A DNA stretch of 64,000 bases from Phoronis australis. Lineage: Eukaryota; Animalia; Phoronida. The notes beneath the pieces were generated by a model, which had not been told where the DNA came from, did no database searches, and saw only the letters and a program-made list of their open reading frames with translations. The first letter of the stretch is position 1. Each line of letters begins with the position of its first letter. The DNA lies in assembly GCA_002633005.1 (NCBI GenBank), contig NMRA01000061.1, forward strand, positions 725,076-789,075, given 5' to 3'. Position numbers and translations under genes: made by a program. Below, piece by piece: positions 39,004 through 50,924 of this stretch.

Positions 39004-42000
39004 CAGCACACATCACGAATTTTTGTCCGCCCGGTCGGAAATTGGTCGACCACTTGCCGTCGACCGGTCGGCAAATTAGCCGACCGGCAGCCGCCCGCAG
39101 TGCCGACTCACAAGGCGACTCCCCAGCCGACCCTTCAGCCGACCCTTCAGCCGACCCTTCAGCCGACCGGCCATCAGCCGACAAACTGGTCGGCGGCTAT
39201 TTTTAGGCTAGAGTAGCAGTTGCGTAATAGGTTGCCAGGCTGATGCCACTTTGCGTGTCGATGCATATTCGTCTAAGCACAGGGTCAAATAAATAAACCT
39301 AGTTTTACTGTCTCGGTTACATGAGTTCACGTCGGTTGTGTAACACCACTAATTCGAATGTTGAAGGCAAGCGGTACTAGTAAACATTGGATTATGGACA
39401 ATGCAACAAGTTTTGGATGAAAAACATGAATGTTTTCTTTACATTTGAGCTTTAATTTGACTCGTAACGTTAACAAGATGTATTAGTTTGGTTGCTTCCC
39501 GGTCAATACAACGCTGTAGTCATTTTGTAAACGCAGCTATTTTTAACAGTATTCGCCCGCAATTGATTTTGTTTGAGTAACGCCAAACCGCCTCTTTTTG
39601 CATTTTTAAGTTAGTCACCGGTCTCCTATCACGCACTCATGATGAAGGATTAGTGAGTGAGTTGTTACACCGCGAAGAGCTCTCACTCCGGGTATTTCAT
39701 TTTCATAGTATTGACTCTTACAGTACAGACGCGAAATTCACGGTCCAGTATGGCCTAAACCCACGGACTTCGATGGCTCTAACTTTGAAATCCTATTATG
39801 GTTACGATTTCCACGAACTAAGAGGGTGACATCACGACTGTTGAGGCTGCAGGCAATTGTAGCTTTGCGCATTCCGTTTTCATGTTTGGAATCCGGGCTT
39901 GCAGTTACATGTATACACGTAGTCCCCTAACAGTTGGTCGTTCACGTTGTTCAACGTTGTCAACAACATATTGACAAATTATGCAAAATAAAATAAATGT
40001 GAACGGGAAGATGTGAATACGTGATGAAGAAGTATTCACTACGTGGCATATGTGCGTGAATCTTTGGTAAAGCTATTGCGATGGCAAAAAATGATAGAAA
40101 ATACACGAAGGTGCACTTTTGAGAAGCAAAGCGTCTGGTGATATTGATAGCGTATGATCTGGCCACCCTAGGTAGAATGAGAAGAGGCAACTACAAAATA
40201 AAAATAAAAATAAATAAATCATGCTTGTATATATATCGCCAGACTCCCCCCCTCCCCGAGTTTTGCACATTATAATGAGTCACCACTCGAGATTTGGTTC
40301 CATTTCAGTCCTAAAATCGCAGAATAATTCTTCTGTTCTCAGCTGTAAGAAAAAATACTATTTTTTTGAAACGGTGCTCAGTCTTAAAAAGTTTCCAGCA
40401 TGAAATGAAATGCCAAGTACACGCAGCGTTGTAAGACAGAGACGTTGGCGTTTCCGTATGTCCACAAAAGGGTTTTGAGCACTGTGTACAAATTTGTTCT
40501 TTTCGCTTTTCTACACTGACGACTATGGTCAACTTGGTGTTTTAAAAAAGTACACTTTTGAGGGCATTTTATAAATAAATGTTTGGTTGATGAATTCAGC
40601 GAGTCGATGTCTACGGCAGAAAACGGTATCTGCGTAAAGAAAGAGTTGCGTTTTCAAACATTCAGAGCATGAGCTCAAGGACTACCTCAGACTGGTATTC
40701 TTGTCCAATGAATATATAGCTCTTGGAAAACTGTTACCCCGAAGAAATGTGCAAAATACGAACGTCATTTACGGAAGGTTGTACTAAAAGTGATTCGTTG
40801 CAGTGGAGCTGCTACGGGATAGTAAAAACACTGTGCTGTACAATAGTCAGCTGAATGGAAAGCTGAAGCGAAAACATCCAGAACACACATTTTCTATTCA
40901 GGGATTGAAATCTCTTTAGAATCAAAAACAATTGGCAACCAAGATTCATTGTGTCAGAAAACTTATCACGCCAGGAGAGAGAGTTGTTGTCAAGCCCGGA
41001 GGCTACGTGATCACCCATTATTCAATGGTGACAATCCAGTGTGTACCTATACATTGGCATCTGTTATAAAACGTGGATTAGACGAAAGAAATTCAACCGC
41101 ATTTCCAAGATAATAGGTCTGTTGTCGGCGAGAGGTTGAACATATAGCCCTTGTTTATATGTATACATGTAGTACGGATATTATTACTTTGAACGATCCA
41201 TGCTTGGGGATGGTGACGGGGTGTTCTGGAGTGAAGTTTACTGACACGGTAAGTTTTTGTACCTGACTTATTAAATTTTCAGTTCGGTCGTATTTTATTT
41301 TGATCCTGAAGTGAAGAATTTTTGGTCTTCACTTGATAAATTATAGGTGCTGATGTGATAATTTTTCAGCCTTGACGTTTTGAATTTTGGTCTTTATTTG
41401 CTCTGTAGTCTTATGTGTGAAAACAATCTCAATGTATTGGATTGTTTTAATTCCTGCATAAGTAAAATTTCTGGTTTTGAGATATTTGTTTTTAGTCCTG
41501 GAGAGCTTCACATGTTTTGCTTGGTTTTAATCTTGCATAGAAAAGATATGTCGTTAAATGTTTCAAATTAGGCATCCCATAAATGTGGGAGAGCAGCTTG
41601 TGTAGCATCGTACTATGTAACTTCTTATATAAATCTAGGTGTTCGTGATTGAGTAATACTATGAAAAATGAGTAGTTGAGGCTTCTTTTGAAATACTGTA
41701 TCATTTGTATATGCCTGGTGTAGTTGGCTCAGTGTGATACTATGTAAGCTTTATTATCCTCTATGGCTTAACAACTATATGTCTTCCTTCATGCCTGTAA
41801 TAGAGGTACCCCCAGAATCAACAAGTACGTGTATTTTTTATTCTAATGAGGCGTGCTTTGAATGTACAGTAAGCAACCATACATTTACAGGGGTTCATAA
41901 CAAACGGATTCATTAAACCCAGTAAATATCTTTGCAACTGCCGATCTGCATATTAGACATTCATATTGCATCATACCTCATCAGAGTAAAACTTGTTATC

Positions 42001-44046
42001 AATCATAGTAGAAAAAAAAAATTTATCATTGCCACAAGACGTTAGCAAACGCAGTCAGTGTCTGTAACTGTTGTGTCTACATTGCTGATGAACTTAAGTC
42101 GGTCTATTTCCATTTTTATATCACTGATTCATGCCAAAGGTTTGAAATTTAGTTTTGACTTGCCCTGGTGATCACTAGAATCTGAGGCAATAAACTTATA
42201 GAAGTTGTTTTTTAACCAGTATAATATAGCTGAAAATTGTGTGCGTTTTCGTTTGCGAGAGTGTTCTTTTTGAATCAATGGGTTAATCATTCTTACGCTC
42301 TACATGAAAACACAGATTACTTTTTTAGGATTACATGTACCAGGTTACCACAAAAATATTATTTTCAAAGTTTTACCCCTTGAAGTATACGCAAAACACC
42401 AAGTATTGTGTTCTTACGCCAAAGGGCTCGGAAGGCTCTAGCCTTTGTGCGAAGCTGATTACTAAATTAAATATACAAATTTGTGCTATTGTCGGTAAAA
42501 ACTGACCGAATAAAATCTTCCTAGATTAATTTAAACTATTTACCAGCGTTGCAAAAATGTTTTTTACAATTATTCTGCTGCTAAAGTTATGGTGTGATCT
42601 TATGCGTCGACTTTCGACCCAATGAAATATTGCGTCACCTTTTAGCCAGTTTCTTTTTCCCAGATTCTTCAATCAAACGTTCTCCAAAGAGGTTGCGTAA
42701 ACGTCACAACAAATGATCGGAATTGTTTTCACTTCATTATATGTTTTTGGAATTTTGACATCAGTGAACCGAATTTTTTAACATATTTTGCTAAGATGTT
42801 GTCATCATCTAATGGAAGATGTTGAAAACATTTTGGAAGTGGCACGTGTCACGAATGAACTTTTTTCTACAGTAAACGACGGCATACGTTTCTTCGTTAA
42901 AGAAGGCAGAGAATTACGCAGGAAGATGACGTCGGGTGTTTTTCGCTTAAACGGCCGTAACGGGCAACTTGAATGCCAATTGACTTTTAGATTTTGCAAG
43001 CACACCCGCCGGTCTTGAGCTGATGTTGATACAAGCTTTTCGACGAGGTGACAAGTGTAACTATCTGGGCTGTGTGAAGTTTCGAGGTCTGTTTGATCTC
43101 AATAAGCAGTGGCACCTTGGTGTATTTTGAAAATAGTCTTTATTCAACTAGCTGGCTAGATAGGAATGCTCTAGTTTCGAAAAGATTTTTTTACAGCGAA
43201 AGTGACAAAAATTTCAGAATGATGATGGTTGTCACTATAAACCGATCACAGTCTTCCGTTTTCATGCGCCCATGATTTAATATCGGCGCTATGTTCAAAC
43301 CATTGTTTATGTTGTTCCTAAAATAAACTTGGGTTCTATTGTTGTACCAACATATTAAGAAATTATACAGAAATAAGCAATAATTATCTGTGGTAAATTG
43401 CAATATACATCGTGATGAAGTGATGATCAAGAGCAATAACGGATGAGCGCAATTGTGTGATGCTTGTTGAGCATTCCGCTGCATGAAAACACTTGAGGTA
43501 GTAAAATATCCAGTGTTGTATTCTGATTTTTATGCAAATTTACTGTAAAATTTCAAAGTTCGTGCTTGTTTTTATGCACAAAGTACTGTATAAAAAGTCT
43601 AATTTCTAAAGTTAGAAATTATGATTCCGCAATCTCACGTAACGTTTGATTTTACCACGCCGTCATTAATTCAACATAAAGTTTGAGCCTGGTGTAATGT
43701 CACGCACTTCGTATTTGTGGGTTGATTCGATTTTACCTCCTTTCAATAGTGATAAACCGATGTCAAGACCGGAGATGCCACTGGTGAACGAACAGCGAAC
43801 AGTTAAATGTTTGTTTGGCCAAAGTTCACCCGATAAGTCATAAAATGGTTATTGCCGACCAAGGACACGCTTAGTCCAAATTGGGCGTCTACGCTAGGCC
43901 ACCACTTAGCCGACCCAGGTGCCGACCACAGAGGCGACTCAGCAGACGGCTCCTAGCCGACCGTTGTTGGTCGGCTGCTGGTCGGCTAGACGACCGGTCG
44001 ACGGCCAATTTCCGACCGGGCGGACAAAAATTCGTGATATGTGCTA
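39004..44046 (+). mobile_element. TA-targeting TIR transposon, copy 4 (complete, 5043 bp)
   Basis: gaagTA|CAGCACACATCACG ... TCGTGATATGTGCTA|TAtgtt. Colinear with copy 2 but visibly more diverged. Confidence 0.93.
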
Positions 44047-45709
44047 TATGTTAACAGTGAGAGTAATCCTGCGAATTGTGCATGTCGTTGACTGGACGTT
44101 CAGAAGTTTCTTACTTTCGACGAAACGGTTCATGGGGTTCGATTGTGCAACCAGTCGAGATTCCTGCTCCTAATGATCCCTGCAGCGGGGCCGCTGTTCA
44201 GTCGAGCACAGTGACTTTGACGGAGTTTTCTGATGGTTTTGCATAACTGATATCCCACTAATCGATTTGGACGGCTCTGAGGAAGGCTGACGTTGTGTTC
44301 CAAAGATTGAAATCGTTGTTGTAACATTGTATTCTTCAACAAGGTGTCCAAGACAACGGCGAGGTTTAGGTATCGTCACCCTTTAATGTTGAAGAAATGG
44401 GTCAAGCAAAGGTTTCTATTTTGAAGTTTACCCAGCGTCAGCATTTTCACGACGATTTGGTAAGATTTCCTGATGCTAGACGCAACAAGAAATCAACGCC
44501 ACTCATTCGTCTTGATCCGTTTATCCAGGATGGCTTGATTCGTGCAGGCGGGCGATTGAGAAAATCTCAACCCAACGAGGATATGAAACATCCCGTAATT
44601 CTGCCCCGTAAGAGCCACGCGACCACTTTGTTGATTCGACACAACCATGAGCGTTTAAGACACGCTGGCCGAAACCACGTTCTGCCTTCGCTGAGGGAGA
44701 AATATTGGGCTGTGTCCGCCAACGCCGCTGTTCGCATCGTTTTAAACAGATGCGTAGGGTACCGACGTCTTCTTGGTCAGTATTGTGAACAGAAGATCGC
44801 CGACCTGGCAGAAAAGCGTACTGTAGAACAGTCACCGTTTACCTACACTGGCACAGACATATTTGGACCGTTCCATGTGAAAGAGGGCCGAACTGTTCAC
44901 AAGCGTTATGGTGTAATGTTTACCTGTCGTTCTAGCCGGGCCATTTATTTGGAGATGGTGGACATTTGCATCAACGCCTTGTGTAGATTTTTGGCTCGTC
45001 GTGGTCCTGTGAGAACCATATTTTCTGACAATGGAACAAATTTCGTGGGCGCAGAGAGGGAGTTACCAGCTGCTGTGAGCGAAATGGACCAAGATAGTAT
45101 TCAACGCTACTTACTTTCTGAAATCACAGATTGGTTGTTCAATACACCGGCTGCAAGTAATTTTGGCGGTGTGTGGGAGCGTCAGATCAGGACTGTACGC
45201 ACGGTTTTATCGTCAACACTCACAGCATGTGACCGTTTGAGCGACGACGTGTGCCGGACACTACTTTGTGAAGCAGAAGCTATCGTCAACTCACGCCCTT
45301 TGACAACGCTGTCTGATGACCCTGGAGATCTACAACCGCTCACCCCGAACCATATTTTGACAATGAAGAGCAAGATTGTTGTTCCCCCCTCCAGGAAACT
45401 TTCAGAGGCCGAACGTTTATATGAGAAAGAGATGGCGAACTTGTTTTGGACCAGGTGGAGGAAGGGATTTCTAGTCACGCTTCAAACGTGTTCAACAAGT
45501 GGCTAGAAACCAAATGGGATATCGAGGTTAATGATGTTGTCATCATCAAGGACTAGAGTATGTCGAGAAATAGCTGGCCCATGGGACGAGCCGTGGACGT
45601 ATTCAAGGATGCCAACGGTCTTGTTCGAAGCTGCTATTTGAAAACTAGTGCGACAACCCTCCATCGCCCGGTCAATAAATCGGTTCTGCTCGTTCCTAAT
45701 GGCACTTAG
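44047..45709 (+). pseudogene. BEL/Pao pol, segment 3 (integrase and C-terminal domain)
   Basis: ORF 44397-45506 has HPVILP, HERLRHAG, TGTDIFGPF, IFSDNGTNFVG, GGVWERQIR, NSRPLT and FWTRWR. The tail WPMGR...DANGLVRS...LHRPVNK ends at TAG 45707-45709. Confidence 0.95.
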
Positions 45710-45810
45710 TGAATATTTACAATCTTGTCAATAATTTGATTATTGTGTTTATTTCTCATGACTATCTGCAGTGATGTTTGTTAAAGTGAATCTCGATTTA
45801 CCTCGTTTCC

Positions 45811-45890
45811 GGGGGGAGTGTTACTGCAGATTATATACTGTTTCATTTTGTATTCTTATTCTCAAGGTAAGTTCGTAAATTTGCGAACAT
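45811..45890 (+). mobile_element. Polypurine tract and start of BEL 3' LTR (end not determinable)
   Basis: GGGGGGAG (45811-45818) directly followed by TGTT at 45819, about 100 bp after the pol stop. Confidence 0.7.
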
Positions 45891-46635
45891 GTAGCTGTAA
45901 CAAGGCTTGGCTTTGGCAGAAAAACAACACGTTCCCATTGCAACCACAAGGTGGTGCACGCAAAAAATAATGTGGTTATGAAGGTTGGGGCATCAACCCC
46001 TACCATCATGCAAACAGTCGAAGAAATCCGTGACATAGCCTCATCACTTTTGCCTGGTCTATTCATGGACGTGCTCTAAAGTACTATAAACACAAGTTCT
46101 GCATAATGCCAACATAGAGCACACATCACGAATTTTTGTCCGCCCGGTCGGAAATTGGTCGACGACCGGCCGTGGACCGGTCGTCTAGCCGACCAGCAGC
46201 CGACCAACAACGGTCGGCTAGGAGCCGTCTGCAGAGTCGCCTCTGTGGTCGGCTCTTGGGTCGGCTAAGTGGTCGCCTAGCATAGACGACCACTTCGGAT
46301 TGAGCGTGTCCTTGGTCGGCAATTACCATTTTATGACTTAGCGGGTGAACTTTGGCCAAACAAACATTTAACTGTTCGCTGTTCGTTCACCAGTGGCATC
46401 TCCGGTCTTGACATCGGTTTATCAACTTTTGTTACACTATTGAATGGAGGTAAAATCGAATCAACCTACAAATACGAAGTGCGTGACATTACACCAGCCT
46501 CAAAATTTATGTTGAATTTATGACGGCGTGGTAAAATCAAACGTTAAGTGAGATCGCGGAAGCATAATTTCTAACTTAAGAAATTATACTTTTCTTCAGT
46601 ACTCTAGGCATAAAAACGAGCACGAACTTTGAAAT

Positions 46636-49600
46636 CATAACGCGGAGTTGCCGTGAGGACTCGATTGGGACCTCAGGGGTCTCACGCTCCACCGGCTAAT
46701 TTGAAAAGGCTTTGTCCAGTCACGCGTTGTGGGTCATAAATCGAGATAATGATACCAACAGCTGACGCGACAAGCAGAACTACTTTCTTTTACTTCATTT
46801 GTGCACTAACTGGAAAAATTTAGAATTAGACTTTTAAACACTATCCGATCGTCAACTTTTTTCGGGAGACTTAAATCTCAATGTAGTTTGCGTAAAGACG
46901 ATGTGTATTTTTGGAGGTGCATTGACGATGATCAACGTTAAAACGGAGAGCAAATAAGTGCGTAATTGATCATCCAATCGGTACTTGGTTTTGCGAGAAA
47001 GGGACGACCTTGCCGAAATTGAATAACGGAAAACCTTGAGAATCATTATAAGCGAGAAAGGGAAAACAAATATTTTCTGACGTTTAGGCTCCTTAACTTT
47101 GAGTAAACGAAACGTCGCAAATATGTTCCGTCTTCTCTTGCGTGCTCATAATCAGATTCCTATAACTAGTGTTATGGCCAAAAACCGAGTTAGGAAACAT
47201 CTAGACTAAAATCTTGATGGTATCTTATTTTGCCAGCGACCATACACGGTATAAAAATGAATGAATAGCTGAATTAGGCAAAACTTGACCTGCTGGAATT
47301 CTCGTCAAAGAACGCATAAATATCACCATCATCTTCATGTCAAAATTGCCAACTAAAACTCGAGGGGGAGGGCACGAACCTTACATCCTGGTACGTGTTT
47401 TTGTTAACGAACTTCAAAAAATAGAACATGGTAGAGTGTTTGAAAGAGCCAAAACCCATCCAAGTCGAAGTGGCCATAACGGAGCGATATGGAGATTTAA
47501 AACGACGTGATTATCCATTTTTTTCAGTTGCTGTGTACTTAAATTAACTGGCACAGAAAAAAATGACTTAGGCCTACAGTACGATTTTCTGAAACGTACC
47601 TCAGCGAAATCGTCAAAGAAAAAAGCGCCACTTGCCACCTAAAACGGACAAAAACAACCAAAGCGCGCAACGCGTCGCTTACCTGAAAAAGTAACTCTTT
47701 CACTTGTTGTTTGTGGTTAAACATGTGATGTGTACCCATATTTTTGGTCGTGGCACCCTACAACGGGCTACTACTTCAAATGACACGTATATATTGTCGA
47801 TGTCAAAATTTAACTGCCCCACCGGTTCCCAGGGTTTCATGTTTTGTAATTTAAAATGATTGCATAAACTTAGGAATAAATGCGAATTACAGGCACTGCG
47901 TTCACAAAGAGTAAGAAAACAAAAACCCAGCGGCATACGATCACCTCGCTTTAACAATGCATTGTGCGCATTCCACATAACTAGTAGGCCACTCTTCAGA
48001 TTAGTGCTTGGGCAATGAAAATAAGTGTAAGATTTCGGAATAGTGTAATATATATTGTACATGAGAATTTCAAACGTTAACATGACTAATTGTTCATACT
48101 ATGGGAAAAGCAATAAGGGACACAGGCACTAGCGATGATTAACTCTTCAGTAAAAATATTACACTTCACAGGATGAGCAAAACATGCACTAAGCACTGTT
48201 GAGATAACCAACCGAAATCTTTTAAACTAACAATTATAAACTCTGCAATTTAAACAATACACTTTATACAATGAACATGTAACAAATATACACACCCAAA
48301 TAGTGTTACATGCAGTCCCCGATGAGATCATCCATAAGTATGAATCACTCCATGTAAACAATAATTCACATGGTGAGCAAAATATTTAAAGTGGGACTTA
48401 ACTACAACATAGGAACCTTCAAAATTTGTGTCATAGCAGTACAAGGATCTACTACTTGACAAAACACCATAAGTGATATAACTGCTGAGATCACTACCTT
48501 CACGAGGAAAAGTTATCAATATAATAATATGAAACATGGGTTTGAGCAAAGTACTGGTAGGTGCACAACACTGCTATTTCTGGTGGAACCAGTCACTGAA
48601 AACCGCAATAAATTGCACACCTCACAAGATGACAATACTATGTATACAAGAATTTGCTTTTCAAGATAACCATGTGGAAATGACAGGGTCATTGCAGAAC
48701 TTAGTAAAAAATCTGCATTTCAGTCTAAAAAACAACCATTTTCAAAACCACACCAGGAGTCACTGAATAAAAATATTAAAAAAGACAGTATGTAATTCAC
48801 TTCATGGGATGCAAACAATTACTATCCTAAACTGAAAAGATCAGTCATCCAAGGCTTGAAGAATATTCAAAATAGATACACTGGTTAAGCAATAAACTAG
48901 TAACAGCAATAAGGGACACATGTCGCAATAAATACATCCCTAGTTTTATAGGAGTAAAACTAGCATTTCAAGCTCAACAATGCCCATACAACACAAGCAG
49001 CTTACACATTTCCAAAACCACACAGGCAATACTGGCGTGGTACATGAATGAGGTGCACATACTATGCATTCATACACATGTGAGTAGGACATTCTCACTG
49101 ACCACAATGGTCAACAAAGCTGCATGCACAATACTACCCTGCTGGCATCTCAAAGCATTTGATATATATAGAACATTGGAAATGAGTGGAGGGCACACTA
49201 ACAAATGCTCTGGTGGGGCCCTTAAATCCAGTAAGGTCATAAGCTGTTGAGCAGAAAAAAACAGCTTTTCAAACAAAATTTCCAAACACAGTACAACACT
49301 TTCAAACATGATTAAGTGCCAAAAATACCGGAATTGATACCTGGGCCCTGTCATTGATCTTTTACAGGAATTGGAACTCAAAATTACGTTTGGAATTTTG
49401 TACTCTACTTTTGTGCGAACTTAAGACAGGTGGCTATTATCCTATGTTCCTATTAGGGTTAGTTTACAGTTGATAAACCCAAGAAGAACCCAGTACAATA
49501 AACTGGTATGTTATGAAATCCATTCTAGTTACTTCACGAAAAATAAGCAGAGCTTGGAATGAGCAATAACAAAAACAGCGGAGAAATTTCCAGCTGATGT

Positions 49601-50924
49601 ATGATACAAAAAAATAGGCTTGGGTGATAGACATTTTTGGATGTAAAATTNGCGATATATATACAAGCATGATTTATTTATTTTTATTTTGTAGTTGCCA
49701 CTTCTCATTCTACCTAAGGTGGCCAGATCATACGCTATCAATATCACCAGACGCTTTGCTTCTCACAAGTGCACCTTTGTGTATTTTCTATCATTTTTTG
49801 CCATCGCAATCGCTTTATCAAAGGTTCGCGCACACATGCCGCGGAGTGGATACTTCTTCATCACGTATTCACATCTTCCCGTTCACAATTATATTATTTT
49901 GCATAGTTTGTCAAAATGTTGTTGACAGAAAATATTTATTTTTGGAACAACGTGAACGACGAACTGATAGGAGACTACGTGTATACATGTAACTGCTAGC
50001 CCGGATTTTAACGTCACCGATACATGAAAACGGAATGCGCAAAGCTACAATTCCCTGCAGCCTCAACAGTGGTGATGTCACCCTCTTAGTTCGTGGAAAT
50101 CGTAACCATGATATGATTTCGAAGTTAGAGCCATCGAAGTCCGTGGGTTTAGGGCATACTGGACCGTGAATTTCGCGTCTGTACTGCAAGGGTCAACACT
50201 ATGAAAATGAAATCCCCGGAGTGAGAGCTCTTCGCGGTATATTAACTCACTCACTAATCCATCATCATGAGCGCGTGATAGGAGACCGGTGACTAACTTA
50301 AACAACGCAAAAAGATGCAGTTTGACGTTACACAAACAAAATCAAGTGCGGGCTAAGACTGTTAAAAATAGCTGCCTTTACAAAATGACTACAGCGTTGT
50401 ATTGACCAGGAAACAACCAATCTAATACATCTTGTTAACGTCACGAGTCAAATTAAAGATCAAATGTAAAGAAAACTTTCACGTTTTTCATCCAAAACTT
50501 TTTGCATTGTCCATAATCCAATGTTTACTAGTACCGCTTGCCTTCAACCTTCGAATTAGTGGTGTTAGGCAACCGACATGAACTCATGTAACCGAGACAG
50601 TAAAACTAGGTTAATTTATTTGACACTGTGCTTAGACGAATATGCATCGACACGCAAACTGGCATCACCCTGNTTGTTTTCAGAATTTTACGAGGAATTT
50701 GTTGATGAATCTTTTACATGTCATTGAAAAAGGCGAAAATACAAACGCGCTAGTCATATTTCTTCAGGCAGCCCTTAGCGGCTTCACGGGCAATAAAATG
50801 TAATCGACCGAATAGATTCGTCGACCACAGATCTACCCTGTGGTTTTTCCGCTTGATCCCAGACCGCCCCGAGTTGCTCCAGCAGCCATCTCGGGGCAGT
50901 CTCTCACGAGGGTTTAGCGTTATG
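46636..50924. mobile_element. Family Y: TSD-less element with CATAACGC...GCGTTATG termini and terminal hairpins
   Basis: Inserted at gaaat|tttacag of copy 5. Short TIR CATAACGC-N8-CGTGAG. Hairpins at 46652-46686, 50824-50844 and 50861-50902. Confidence 0.78.
49652..50672 (-). other. Probable mis-placed duplicate contig
   Basis: Bounded by single Ns (49651, 50673) and apparently identical to 53745-54765 (offset 4093; identical ORF translations). Confidence 0.8.

Noticed and set aside
44397-45506. Functional or domesticated integrase
   Set aside because: The second Zn-finger Cys is lost (RCVGY), the region appears to carry small deletions, the C-terminus is frameshifted, and upstream pol is disrupted.
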